DNA from: Octopus sinensis
Taxonomy: Eukaryota
Direction: 5' to 3'
Assembly (NCBI RefSeq): GCF_006345805.1
Contig: NW_021834451.1
Span: forward strand, 1-49,835
DNA: 49,835 nucleotides
Shown: piece by piece, positions 12,105 to 25,857 of the stretch
How the letters are laid out: each line of letters opens with the position of its first letter
How positions within the stretch are numbered: the first letter of the stretch is position 1
The notes under the pieces: generated by a model
What the model saw: only the letters and a program-made list of their open reading frames with translations
Databases searched by the model: none
Told to the model about the DNA's origin: nothing
Made by a program: the position numbers and the translations under genes

Positions 12105-12630
12105 TTTATTAAAGCATCGCAAGTACTTGGTGTTTCGTTATTCGCTGTGCTATTTGTTTTTAAGCTATTGAAACGGTAAGAAAATCTCAGTGCTTCGTTC
12201 TTCGCTGTGATGTTGGCCTTTAAGTTATGGATTTGGATGTTAAGATTTTACATTGCAGCGTCACACTATATTATTGTAAAAAAGAGGGAGAAAGGAAAAA
12301 AGGGAGTTAAGAATAAAAATGCATGCGGTAAAGCAGTAGAAGATGGAGTGGGAGGGAGCGATGGGCAACATACCCCAGAATTAATGATGTGCTCAGTCGC
12401 ATCCCGCGGCGATGGGTGAGATGACGTAGCTGCAGAGAATGGCCAACGACCCTTGTTGTAGCTGCCACGCCACATCCCGGGTTGCACTTGGTTTGATGAT
12501 GATTTTTCTGTAATTAATTGCAAGTTGGGCGACCACGAAGTCTCGTGCATTTTCTTGACTGAGTTGCAAAATGGTAGAAAAAATGTCAAATAATGACACA
12601 CACACATATACATATACCCACACATGTACA

Positions 12631-12729
<99 letters not shown>

Positions 12730-12856
12730 ATATAATTGTCTCGAATTATATTATATAATATTTTACTATAAAATTGGATTTAACCCTAAATCTGATTTTT
12801 CCCTGTAATTTTGGATTCATTCCCTAATATTTATTATTATATATATATATATATAT

Positions 12857-13238
12857 TTTACTCTTTTACTCTTTTATTTGTTTCAGTCATTTGACTGCGG
12901 CCATGCTGGAGCACCGCCTTATTCTTTTGTAAGCCCAGTACTTATTCTATCGGTCTCTTTTGCCGAACCGCTAAGTAACGGGGACACAAACAGCATCGGT
13001 TGTCAAGCAATGTTAAGGGGACAAACACAGACACAAAAACATATACGCACACACACATATATATATACATATATACGACGGGCTTCTTTCAGTTTCCGCC
13101 TACCAAATCCTCTCACAAGGCATTGGTAGGCCCGGGGCTATAGCAGAAGACACTTGCCCAAGGTGCAACGCAGTGGGACTGAACCCGGAACCATGTGGTT
13201 GGTTAGCAAGCTACTTACCACACAGCCACTCCTGCGCC

Positions 13239-13240
<2 letters not shown>
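12857..13240 (-). mobile_element. SINE family A
   Basis: Full head to tail, same consensus as 7053-7416. Confidence 0.85.
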
Positions 13241-13271
<31 letters not shown>

Positions 13272-13278
13272 TATATAT

Positions 13279-14389
13279 GATTGATTGATTGATTGACTGA
13301 TTGATTCTAGTTTCAGCTCATGAGCTGTGGCCATGCTGGGGCACCGCCATTTGGTGTTGCTACTTGGTTTTACTTCACGAAAGCTTTTTAGCAACTGCCA
13401 TTTGGTGCATGAGAGAGTTCGATGCAGCTGCCCTCATCTGCACCTCCTGCCGTGAAGTTGGTTCATCTGGGACACCTGACAGGAAGAGATCCAGTTCCAT
13501 TTTAAAGACATCTGCATCCACCCCATGCAGGTCTCTCAGGTTCTTCGGGAGGATATTGAAGAGCTGTGGGCCTCGGAAGCCCAGGCTATCACAGTATCTT
13601 GTCCTACATCTTGATGGCAAATTTGGAGTCCTAGGCACCACGCAGTGGCGCCCAGTTCTGGCATTTGTGTAACTCTCGATACCAAAGTTTGGGACACGTC
13701 CCTCCAGGATCTTCCAGATGTATATTATGGCATATCTTTCCCGCCTACGCTCCAAGGAATATAGTTTTAATCTCTTGAGTCTTTCCCAGTAGCTTACATT
13801 CTGCATAGAGGCTATCTTCTTCGTGTAGCTACGCTGGATCGCCTCGAGCTCTGTGATCAACTTGACACTGGATGGTGACCATAACTGAGAGCAATAGTCA
13901 AAGTGGCTTAGGACAAGTGTCCTCCAGAGGACCATCATGGTTTCTTGTTCTCTTGTTCTAAAGGTTCTGAGAATCCATCCAGCCAGCCGTCTACATTTTA
14001 TTGCCAGTTTAGCAACATGTACATGAAAGGTCGCGTCATCACTCATGTGAATACCCAGGTCACGCACTGATTGTGCCTCTGGGATTGCAATCCCTCCGGG
14101 TCCAGTGTATTCATTGGGTGTTGCATTCAGTTTTGCATGCTGATAGTATAAAGCTTGAAACTTTTCAGCATTGAACTGCATGCTATTCTTTTCAGCCCAC
14201 TTGTATATTTCGTCCAGCTCACATTGCAGGTGCTTAGTGTCTTCAGGGTTCTGTATTGCCTGTGAAACTTTTGTATCATCTGCATAACTTGTGATCGTGG
14301 CTCTCTGCGTGGCTGAGGGCATGTCTGAGAGGGCCATTATGAACAGTAGTGGTCCCAAAACAGTGCCCTGCGGAACACCGCTCACTATT

Positions 14390-14392
<3 letters not shown>
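13279..14392 (-). mobile_element. 5'-truncated non-LTR retrotransposon (LINE, CR1/L2-like) with open RT C-terminal ORF 13375-14385
   Basis: RT motifs GVPQGTVLGPLLF and YADD, C-terminal LYSLERRR; (AATC)n 3' tail at 13279-13306; flanked by (TA)n on both sides. Clade assignment is by motif recall only. Confidence 0.9.
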
Positions 14393-14455
<63 letters not shown>

Positions 14456-14744
14456 ATATAATATATATATATATATTACTTTATGGTAATAATACCTTAT
14501 GCTATACAAATAAAAAATAATATAGTAAAAATATTTTCAATAAAATAAACAAGTATTTTGAAAAAGGAAAACAAATATTGGGAGATAATTAATAAAAAAA
14601 TAAACAATAAGAATAAGATATAGTCTAACTCATAACCTAGCCACCATCATATCCTCAATTTACAATAAAAGAACTTGACAATTTCTATCTAAGTAGAAAA
14701 AATAATTTTGGTAACACAAATATGAATAACAATAGCACAAAATA

Positions 14745-14781
14745 TAATAATAATAATAATAATATAATAATAATAATAATA

Positions 14782-14834
<53 letters not shown>

Positions 14835-14847
14835 AATGATGATGATG

Positions 14848-14922
<75 letters not shown>

Positions 14923-15170
14923 GAAGAAGAAGAAGAAGACGAAGAAGAAGAAGAAGAAAAAGAAGAAGAAAAAGAAGAAGAATGGAAATACCACAACCAG
15001 TAATAACAACAGCAACAACAATAATAAAAGTAATAATGATAACACTATAGGTAATAATAATAATAGCTGGAACAATAATAATAATAATAATATCAATAAT
15101 AGCTTGCAGATGGACAAGGACATAGTAAGTAAGTAAGAAGGTAAGTAATAATAATAATAATAATAATAAC

Positions 15171-15213
<43 letters not shown>

Positions 15214-15215
15214 TT
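14745..15215. repeat. Compound trinucleotide microsatellite (AAT)/(GAT)/(GAA)
   Basis: Direct reading. Confidence 0.95.
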
Positions 15216-15257
15216 GTGACTATTAATCCCAATAATGTAAACCATGTACAAGAACAT

Positions 15258-15645
15258 AGAAAATGTAATTGTAGAATAAGAGAAAATTGTGTATTTAATA
15301 ATGACTGCATTAGGAAAGAGGTAGTATATCAACGACAGTAAAGTTTATATCGGAGCTACGAAGAATAATTTGAAACAAAGACATAATTATCACAGATATA
15401 CTTTTAAAAACAGAAATAGGAAAAATTCTACAGGGTTAAGTACATATATATGGGAACGTAAGGATAAAATAATAAATTATAATTTACAATGAAAGATACT
15501 AACATCAGAATCTGCGTATAATAATAAAAACAGAAAATGTTCACTATGTATTAAAGAAATTTTCTTTCTAATCAGGGCTAAATTACCGATCATGAACAAT
15601 TTTAAGGAATGTAGTGGCTCATGTCTTCATAAAATTGGGTATACT
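15258..15645 (+). pseudogene. Degenerate Penelope-like element GIY-YIG endonuclease fragment
   Basis: Translates RKCNCRIRENCVFNNDCIRKEVVYQ, frameshift near 15340, then KVYIGATKNNLKQRHNYHRYTF...STGLSTYIWE...Q*KIL...KCSLCIKE...CLHK. This is the typical PLE EN layout, with one frameshift and one stop. Confidence 0.75.
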
Positions 15646-16002
15646 TACTCCAGATACAAATAGAACTTATTCAATTTATCCATTGAATCCAATGTAATTA
15701 GTTAGAGTGAGCACTTATTACTTTAATATATTGTTAGTTAAATTGTGATAGGTTGTAGATATATGGCTGTTTCCATAAATATGTATGTGTGTATATGTCT
15801 GTGTTTGTGTATATATATAAATATATGTGTGTATATGTATATGTGTGTGTATATACATGTGTATATATTTATATGTGTATGTGTGTATATGCATATGTGT
15901 ATGCATACATGTATACATTTGCATATGTTGGCGAGCAGGAAGTTATGTACTATGCATGTATGCATGTATATATGCTCATTCATGTACATGGTTCGGGATT
16001 GG

Positions 16003-16064
<62 letters not shown>

Positions 16065-16080
16065 CCACGTCGAGAGCGTC

Positions 16081-16387
16081 GAGCTTACGATCGTGAGGTT
16101 GTGAGCTCGAATCCCGGACCGGGCTGCGTGTTGTGTTCTCGAGCAAGGCACTTTATTCACGTTGCTCCAGTTCACTCAGCTGTAGAAATGAGTTGCGACG
16201 TCACAGGTGCCAAGCTGTATCGACCTTTGTCTTTCCCTTGGATAACACTGGTGGCGTGGAGAGGGGAGGCTGGTATGCATGGGCGACTGCTGGCCTTCCA
16301 TAAAAACAACCTTGCCCAGACTTGTGTCTAGGAGGGTAACTTTCTAGGTGCAATCCCATGGTCATTCATGACCGAAGGGGGTCTTTA
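16081..16387 (+). mobile_element. tRNA-derived SINE (further family, head truncated)
   Basis: B box GAGCTCGAATCCC, body TTGTGTTCTCGAGCAAGGCAC; related fragment at about 40380-40500. Confidence 0.65.
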
Positions 16388-16399
16388 TATATGTATATG

Positions 16400-16453
<54 letters not shown>

Positions 16454-16584
16454 CTTATACTTATGTAGATATATATGTGTATTTATGTATTTAAATTAAG
16501 GTATAAAAATATATTTGTGTGGTTATTTGTACATGTATGTATAGATGTATATGTGTGTGGATATATTTACTTTTGCATATGTAT

Positions 16585-16640
<56 letters not shown>

Positions 16641-16828
16641 CACACGCATATATATATGTGTGTATGTTAGGGGGGGTATTTATATATGTGCTTGCATATG
16701 TATACTTGTATGTACGTATGTATACGGAGGTTCTTCGAGTGTATATATAAGTGTGAATGAATGTGATGTGTGTATGTACATGTATATGCATGTGTATGTA
16801 TGTACATATATATGTATATATGTATAGA

Positions 16829-17150
16829 GTGAAGGCGCGTGGCTTATTGGTTTGGGCATTCGGCTCACGATCGTAAGGTTGTGAGTTTGATTCCCGGCGA
16901 CGCGTTGTGTCCTTGAGCAAGACACTTTATTTCACGTTGCTCCAGTCCACTCAGCTGGCAAAAATGAGTTGTACTTGTATTTCAAAGGGTCAGCCTTGTC
17001 ACTCTCTGTGTCACGCTGATTACCCCCGAGAACTACGTTAAGGGTGCACGTGTCTGTGGAATGCTCAGCCATTTGCACGTTAATTTCACGAGCAGGCTGT
17101 TCCGTTGATCGTATCAGCTGGGACCCTCGTCGTCGTAACCGGCGGAGTCT
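16829..17150 (+). mobile_element. tRNA-derived SINE with family-B 3' half
   Basis: A/B box head followed by the same 3' region as 3164-3548. Confidence 0.75.
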
Positions 17151-17945
17151 TTAAAAAAATATATGTATATATATGTGCAGATATATGTGGGTATGTATGT
17201 ATATCAATTAATATTGTATGGATGGAGGATGTATTGTAAATGTCTACACCGATGTATTTATAGACATAGGTAAGTTTTCGTTTATTTAAAGAACGTGTTG
17301 TATATATAAAATTATTTAACTTATAATAAGTTTATTTGTTCAATGGTAGAGTTAACTAAGTGTTTATAGATATATAGATATGTACGTGTTTGTAAATATT
17401 GATTTATATGTTGGTGTATAAATGTATGTGTATGTATATGTATATATATTAATATAGGTGTGACTGTATATATGTATCTGTGGCTTTGTGTAGGAATATA
17501 TCAATATACATGTATGCATGTGTATATTATGTATGTATGGGTAAGTGTATATACGTATATATCTGTATACTTCAACAGATATACTTTTATGGTATGTGAT
17601 ATATAAAATCTATATAACGTAAGTTTGGATTTTTTTTATGCTTTATTAAATGTTGTAGATAAAAATTCATGAATTACTACCTTTCGCTTAACTTGCACAC
17701 GTATAACTAATTATAAGAATTTATTGTTTACATTTAATATTCTGAAAGGGAATTTAACGATGTACATTGTAATAACGGGAGATTAAAACTGTATATTTAT
17801 TTATTAAACATTTCAGTTACTAAGAAAATATACATAAAAAAATTACATAGTTTTTACATGAGGTAGAATATAATATCATATAACTTTAATGTTTGTTATT
17901 ACATAGATTAGTACATACATGTATGTGTGTATGTATGTCTATGTA

Positions 17946-18095
17946 TGTGTGGTAAGTAGCTTGCTAACCAACCACATGGTTCCGGTTTCAGTCCTACTGC
18001 GTAGCATCTTGGGCAAGTGTCTTCTGCTATAGCCCCGGGCCGACCAATGCTTTGTGAGAGGATTAGTAGACGGAAACTGAAAGAAGCCTGTCGTA

Positions 18096-18134
<39 letters not shown>

Positions 18135-18444
18135 TATATATATCTATATATATAATATATATATATTATATATATATATATATGTGTGTGTGTGGTGTGT
18201 GTGTGTGTGTGGTGTGTGTGTGGTGTGTGTTGTTGTGTGTTTGTGTGTCTGTTTGTCCCCCTAGCATTGCTTGACAACCGATGCTGGTGTGTTTACGTCC
18301 CCGTCACTTAGCGGTTCGGCAAAGAGACCGATAGGATAAGTACTGGGCTTACAAAAATAAGTCCGGGTCGATTTGCTCGACTAAAGGCGGTGCTCCAGCA
18401 TGGCCGCAGTCAAATGACTGAAACAAGTAAAAGAGTAAAAAGAG
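17946..18444 (+). mobile_element. SINE family A with internal TA/TG microsatellite
   Basis: Matches the family consensus. Confidence 0.85.
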
Positions 18445-18469
18445 TATATATATATATATAATTAATAAT

Positions 18470-19900
18470 AAAATATTAGGGAATAAATCCAAACTTACCG
18501 GTAAAAATCAGATTTAGGATTAAATCCAATTTTATAGTATAAATATATTATATTATATTAAATTAGAGATAAAACCACTATTAGGCATATCAAACAATGA
18601 AAACATAAGCCAATACATAAAATTAATTATTTTTATTTTATTTTAAATATATATCAAAAGTATTAAAAAGTAATAAAAGATAAAGTGTAAAACACTACGA
18701 TCGTTTCATGGCTGTACAATTCGTAATAATCGAGTTATGGTTACAGTCCATCTTCAGGTTAATTGAAATATCTAAAATATAATCAGAAATATTTAAAACA
18801 ATATTTTTAAGATATGAATAATATAATAATTTTACTTATAATAAACTTATTATCAAACTAGAAACATAAAACTTAACAATTATGATTATATCAAATCGAC
18901 TATAATGGTAAAAATTAATTTTAATTTATAAGGTAGGAACCCACAAATAATCTAATATCGGTATTAGTCTATATCTAATTACATAATATTTAAAAATGAC
19001 TAATATATATAAAAATTATCAATGAAAATATATAAATGTATATAAATATTAAGATCTAAAATAATCTCTATAAATAAATATATTATGCACATATAATAAA
19101 AACCTTATAAATTAATTTTTCACATTTAGATAAAATAGCTAATTTCAAAATACAAAAAACAAACTTAAACGAACTTTCGGAAATCTTATGTAAAATACTT
19201 CTAGAAATAATCAATTCGTAGTAATATAGTATCGAATAAATACTATAAATACTATAAATATAATATCAATGGGAATAACTAGCGAATATCAATTAAAGAA
19301 AAACTAAGTTATGCTATTAAATAGACATGGCCTGGACCAATCTTTAGTCGAAACATATCAAAGTTTATCAAAGTTTATCTAATTTAATTATGAATTTAAA
19401 ACTACAATTAAGACTATTAAAACATGTATATGCAAGAGCCTAACTTAATACACCTCGTATGCTTGCTATCAAATAACAAATCTATCGCTAAGTAGTATCT
19501 TACGAATAAACTTAAATTTAATATCTAATAATATAGAAAATTACGATAATTAGATCATTACATAAACAACGATATTTACATAAGGAAAATATTATTACAC
19601 CAAAGACTTTTACAATATTAAAATTTACAATTTTAAGATCTAAATATAAATAAATACTTATCTTAGCGAGGTTTAGCAATGAACTAAAATTTTGAATCGG
19701 AAAACGTCTTTACAGCGTTTATAAGAATACTCGTGGAATTACGTTGTATGTATATGTATGTGTATATGTATATATATATATGTATTAAGATATGTATATA
19801 TAAATATTATAAATATTTTCAATTATTCATGGTATTTATAATTAGTTTTAATCATTCGGTCTTCAATCAATCATCAGTAACTGAAACAAAGAAATTCAAA
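18470..19900. mobile_element. AT-rich degenerate dispersed repeat, probably Penelope-related
   Basis: 18470-18580 matches the reverse complement of 12730-12835; 18693-18820 resembles 5151-5240, including a hammerhead-like motif. Boundaries are uncertain. Confidence 0.4.
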
Positions 19901-20450
19901 TTTGTTAACCAATAAGATTTAGCATATGATTAAAAATAATCCATACTAGGGTCGATCTAATCCCTCAAAATTTCGGGCCTTGTGTCTAGAGTAGAAAAGA
20001 ATGTGTCCGTGTGAAGAATTTTAGTCAGGTCGCTATGTGTTAGTAAACAATGTAGACTGGTACTACCTGCGGCATTCTGCAGAGAAAAATAATTCTGTGT
20101 GGGAGAAAAAGAAACAGAATGTGAAGAAAAAAAGTTCTGTTGAAAAAATTTTGTTGTAACACATAGTTGGAAAAAAAAACTCTGTATGTGGAAGAAAAGA
20201 AATGAAAAAAATATGTGTGAAAGAAGAAAAAATCTCAAAGGGAGGTGTGTTGTGGAGGATACCCCCAAGTGAGACGTAGGCTATTCCACTACTGATAAAT
20301 AGTGGACAGACACAGCAAGCAGTGTCAGTCAGCGAGGTATTTATGTTAGTGTTAAATCATTTTTGATTCCGGTTGACGTAGGTCCTATTGTGCTGTGTTA
20401 TACACATGGTGAGGGGTCTCCCGTGAGGGTGAATCTATCTTCTTCTTTCT

Positions 20451-20852
20451 TCTTTTACTTGTTTTAGTCATTTGACTGCGGCCATGCTGGAGCACCGCCT
20501 TTAGTCGAGCAAATCGACCCCGGGACTTATTCTTTGTAAGCCCAGTACTTATTCTATCGGTCTCTTTTGCCGAACCGCTAAGTGACGGGGACGTAAACAC
20601 ACCAGCATCGGTTGTCAAGCAATGCTAGGGGGACAAACACACAAACACACACATACACACACACACATATATATATATACATATATACGACAGGCTTCTT
20701 TCAGTTTCCGTCTACCAAATCCACTCACAAGGCATTGGTCGGCCCGGGGCTATAGCAGAAGACACTTGCCCAAGATGCCACGCAGTGGGACTGAACCCGA
20801 AGCCATGTGGTTGGTTAGCAAGCTACTTACCACACAGCCACTCCTGCGCCTA
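20451..20852 (-). mobile_element. SINE family A
   Basis: Full-length match to the consensus. Confidence 0.85.
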
Positions 20853-21679
20853 TGATTTAAATTTTTGAATTTCTTAAATACTGTTATTGTTTTTGCCTTC
20901 TGGCTTGTGATTTTTTGCGTTTATCTTCTCCATTTTGGGGCAAAGGGAATAAAAAAGAGAAAATGGATTGGGAACCAGTTCCAGCACATGCCGGGAGTTA
21001 TGCTTCAGCTGAAGAACTAAGTCATAAAGCCCGTCCATCAAGCAGTTTTAAATCCAGTGTAAGCTGTGCTGCAAAGAGGTGTTACGATTCGATTATGCTT
21101 ATTCAATTATCTGTAACTCAACGTCCCGAGGATATCTGGAATCTAACTTCGTGACACGTATATGTTGCTCTGACATGTGTGAAGAAATAGCATCGAAGTT
21201 TATACGTGATATATGGAAATAATTCCACAATATTTCAAATAAAATAGGGAGTCGATTTTTGCATCAGAGTGATTTTTTTTTATAGTATACCCGGTAATTC
21301 ATATGTAGCCAGATACACAATATAAGGTGGTCATAAATGAAAAATGCCATTGACCATATGTCACCTGGACTGGGAATCATCTGGATCTGAACGACAATTT
21401 CGATTTTTGCATCGAGTTTTAGGAATCAATTATATGTTGGCGTGTAAAAAAAACAATATATAAGCATTATCGTGTTTCAGTCCCAAATTTTGACGTCTAC
21501 CAAGGTGAACATTGGCATAACTTGGGACATAAATTTGATATAGCATCAAATGACGATTTATATCCACTATTTCACACAGCTGTTGACTTAAAAGAGTTCG
21601 TAAATATTGAATCAAATCGTATAAATCATGCTGTTGATATTATATATATATATATATATATATGTTTGTATGTATATGT

Positions 21680-21750
<71 letters not shown>

Positions 21751-22869
21751 TGTGTGTGTGTGTGTGTGTATATATATTTAAATGAATGTGCGAACGTGTG
21801 TATGTATGTAAATAAAAAATATAAAGTCTGCAAATTGAGAAAAACAAAAAACGAAAGCCGGAGTAAGCAAAGTTTAAAGCTGTTCACTGAATAACCAAGA
21901 CTACACAACCATCATCAACCAGTTTGGACTTTGCGCAAGAGAAAGTCTACTGAGCTTTTTATATAAATACCGTTCGGATCTGATAAGTATGTAACATTTA
22001 AATTATTCATTGTTGCTCTATGTGATTAAGTAATAGCAATAGACAGAGTATGTTATGGTAATGATGATGGTGACAGTGGTTGAGCTTAAGCCGTTTGTTG
22101 CCTGTTTGCATGTGTACAGTCCAAGATCCGCAAAGAGAGAGGATAACCGGAATGATTTACTGATTTTCACTTTACATCTCATCGATTGTGTTTGATGAAA
22201 GTGAATTAGTTGACCCTTAAGTTTTGGATAAAGTCGAGCTTTTGTAGTGTTTGTTTTTTGTATTACGCAAATCAGTTCTTAAAGAACAAGTGAGCATATT
22301 TATGCTGGATGTTTGTGTTATGCATTTCTCGTTATTTTACGGAAGATGTTCCCATTTTCTTACTTTATGTCGACACATTCACATCCATCAAACTCTGCTG
22401 ATCTTTGCAACAATTCCTAATTGCGGCCCTCTGTTCGATAGAACACTATTTGACCAATTTTGCTATCGGTGGGTCGCTGCTTGTATTTAGTTGACTCAAC
22501 GCTATTCTTTGTGTAGAATGGTGTGAATACATTCTGCTTCTGCTGTAGCTTTGACATAGCAGTCAAAACAATGCGGTTTTCATATAGAATTTTAGATGCT
22601 GTGTGTGTGTGCGTGTGTTTGGCGTCATCTTCACCAAAATATATACTTACATTCGTATTTTTGGTGCAATTAAATCTACATTAGTACTATTGGTGCAGTT
22701 AAATTAGGTATATTACTAATTGTTTAAATGGTAAAGCTTGGATTTTCAGAACAGCTAAAAGGTAGTTTTTTTTACCTAAATTTCAGCTGTAGACTTTTGC
22801 TTCTTTGTAAGAAAAATGCTTTTGTATTAATGACTCTCGATGTTATATTTGTCTATCATCAGGTGCAAG

Positions 22870-22933
22870 ATGAAAGGCATCAGTGTCCTATTGCTTTGTG
22901 TATTCATTTCATACACATTCTCGGTTAAAAAAG
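22870..22933 (+). CDS. Knottin prepropeptide gene 2, coding exon 1 (signal peptide MKGISVLLLCVFISYTFSVKK)
   Basis: Acceptor CATCAG|, 21 codons + 1 nt, donor G|GTAAGA; paralog of 4146-4212. Confidence 0.85.
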
Positions 22934-23560
22934 GTAAGAATATATAGAAATTTCTTTTATTTTATAGCAATCCGAAATGTAGTGGGGGAAAAGGGGGGAA
23001 ATAGAAAGGTGGAGAGGAGGAAAATGAATAACGCCACCTCGGCGGTCTTTTGGTTGTACCCCATTTATATGCAATTTCAGCTTTTAAATAAATAACACAC
23101 TTTTTATATACACAACTCTTAGACCAAGTATACGGAATTAAGATTCTTCTAAATAATATATAACATTTAATTAACACTATGACTGATACAAATCGGGGAG
23201 ACTTCTAGTAGTGTGCTCTCATCTGTTACTCCTGTATTTGATCAGAACATAAACATGGACGAAATGCCGCTGAGCATATTGTCCGTCGAGCTAACAATTC
23301 TGCCGGTTCTCCATATTTAAGTATCTGAGTGAGGAAATGTGAGCTCCAGTCGTCATGATCCCCCGTCTTGTTTCAGATGGTGTTATCATAAATACATTCT
23401 CTTCTATTCAATGAATTATACATCATCCTCCATTTGATACATTATCCTCTATTTAATGAATTACCTGTTGAGTGTTGCATGGGTATTTTGTGTATTTCTA
23501 CACGAAACTTTGGTAAATGGATATTTACTTCTTTCATTTATATTTTGATATCTCTTTCAG

Positions 23561-23642
23561 ATGTCGCTCCCGTCCATCTAGAGACAGGAGATTATGTAAG
23601 TTTGAGTTTGAGTAATAGGAGTTTGAGTAATAGGACAAAAAG
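23561..23642 (+). CDS. Gene 2, coding exon 2 (propeptide DVAPVHLETGDYVSLSLSNRSLSNRTKS)
   Basis: Acceptor CTTTCAG|, donor AG|GTAAGA; 82 nt (2+78+2) keeps frame. Confidence 0.75.
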
Positions 23643-25245
23643 GTAAGAAAAACATAAGTACATCTCTTACAAATGTAAATAGTTTAGTATTGGGAAGGCG
23701 GGAAGGTGGCACAGTCGTTAGCACTCTGGATAAAATATTTAGAGACATTTCGTTCGGCTTTATGTTTTGAGTTGAAATTTGCCGATGTTGACTGCACCTT
23801 TCATCATTTCTGGGTCGATGAAATAAATACTAATTGAGAAGGAGGGTCGATGGAAAAGTGTAACACCCTCCATCAACTATTCGGGCTTTGTGCCTGTCGT
23901 AGAAAATGTTATTAGTATTGGAATAAAACGAAACTTGCAACGATGTTCAAAATTCTACCACCACATTCGACTGGAAAGCAAACAGGTGAAAAACCTAGAT
24001 AGGAACCTTTTATGTGGTGGATGCGCATGGCTTAGTGGTTAGGGTATTGTACTCAAAATGGCGATTCCTTAGCTTCAATTCCTAGACCTGGTGATGCGTA
24101 GTGTTCTTGCGCAAAGCTATTCACTTCAAGTTGCTATGCGATCATTTCTCAACGGGTGTGTGCTGTACGGTGCACTAATTCAGGTCACGTCGATTTGATG
24201 GATTGCGAAAGGATGCATTGTGGGAAAACTTGGATCTAAAGAAGATGAAGACGTTTGACATCTGAAAGATGTATATTCTGTGAAATGATCCTAAAATCAT
24301 CTAAAAATTGAACTTCTATCGAAGGATAATTTGGTACTTATCAATATCGTACTGCGTTGGCATCAATAGTTTCCGGTGGAGCAAAATAATCTTTCAAACT
24401 GTTTAAAATGGAATAATGTAAATTATATAAACCAAAGATTAAAGTTACTTACAATTACAATATATCATAATTGTAATAAGTACTGTAGTAGAAATTATTA
24501 ACAAAATTGGGCTTGATTAGATTATGATTTGGCTGTTTCAAGTTTGATGCAACTATTGTCGCCAAATTTCCGGATCTGCAACGGATGCAAATGTTGCTCC
24601 AGATTACGCAAATTTAGTTATGATATATTTGGAAGTTATATAAATTCAGAAATCGCTACGAAAGTATATTAATTAGATGAGGAAAAGATTTCTAGACAAT
24701 TGTTTTATTCTTTAGTATGAACGAATGCAAAATTGAAATAATTCATATTGTTATCATAATGTAATAAAATAAATTCGATTCGAAAATAGAATGTTATTAA
24801 GAGAAACTATTATTTGTAGCTATTTTGTTAATGATATTGAGCAGCCGAACTGAGATGGTAACTTATTAAAGACCCAGGGGTATGTAGTGTTAACTAAACT
24901 TTAGTTTGCATAGCCCGAGGCACACAGGACCATATTTCTGTTGAATAAGCCAAAAGAATATACACAATTGTGATATGCTATACTATTTGAAGATCTTAAG
25001 GATTTACTCATAGAGAGACATTAATCCGCATCATTAATAGATGATCTGACACAACAAGCCAAAAAAATCGTTTTTCCGATACAAATACAAATAAACCAAA
25101 ATAAATAGAATTGAAAATCATATAAAGGCCAAGATTTCCGTTTTATACATTACTAGCAGTATCGCCCGGCGTTGCCCGGCTTTGTAAGGGAAATAACAAT
25201 AAAGCATTTTTAGAGAGTTATAGCCAAAAAATAGCAAAGTCGTTA

Positions 25246-25601
25246 GTGGAGGCGCAATGGCCCAGTGGTTAGGGCAGCGGACTCGCGGTCGTAGGATCGC
25301 GGTTTCGATTCCCAGACCGGGCGTTGTGAGTGTTTATTGAGCGAAAACACCTAAAAAGCTCCACGAGGCTCCGGCAGGGATGGTGGTGATCCCTGCTTTA
25401 TTCTTTCACCACAACTTTCTCTTACTTCCTGTTTCTGTTGTACCTGTATTTCAAAGGGCCGGCTGAATATCCCCGAGAACTACGTTAAGGGTACACGTGT
25501 CTGTGGAGTGCTCAGCCACTTACACGTTAATTTCACGAGCAGGCTGTTCCGTTGGTCGGATCAACCGGAACCCTCGTCGTCGTAACCGACGGAGTGCTTC
25601 C
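25246..25601 (+). mobile_element. SINE family B, preceded by a truncated helitron-like 5' end (25152-25240)
   Basis: Consensus match; AAGTCGTTA on both sides is a possible TSD. Confidence 0.85.
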
Positions 25602-25857
25602 AAAATACCAAGTCGTTAACAAATTCGAGAAAATACACTAAGTAATAGTAAAAAGAAAAGAAAGAATTGACTTGTGGTACTTGTTTCGGTTCTTCATGTT
25701 GTGAGTTCAAGTGCCGTCAGATTCTTTAGCTTTATCGACGTCAATAAAATAAACACCATTATCGTTTTATCTCTTTTTATCCCATGCATTCCTTGCCTTT
25801 TCCCTTAATGAGAAACCCTAATTTAATAATATTTTGTATTCTCTACTTTATTTACAG

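Larger units (their letters stand above)
2885..12620 (+). repeat. Segmental duplicate of about 21855-28630 (gene 1 vs gene 2 unit)
   Basis: Long near-identical non-coding blocks, e.g. 2885-3163 vs 21855-22126, 3905-4540 vs 22625-23310, 11810-12600 vs 27800-28620, interrupted by copy-specific insertions. Confidence 0.9.

Noticed and set aside
14660-15332. Poly-S/Y/H/I/L ORFs
   Set aside because: Products of trinucleotide microsatellites.
20003-20406. Possible solo LTR (TGTG...CACA)
   Set aside because: No matching TSD and no second copy in the window.
25784-25857. MHSLPFPLMR... N-termini of ORFs 25784, 27219 and MILFIFSFP of 41171 as true starts
   Set aside because: These are polypyrimidine or intronic sequence before clear acceptors; spliced models give proper signal peptides.
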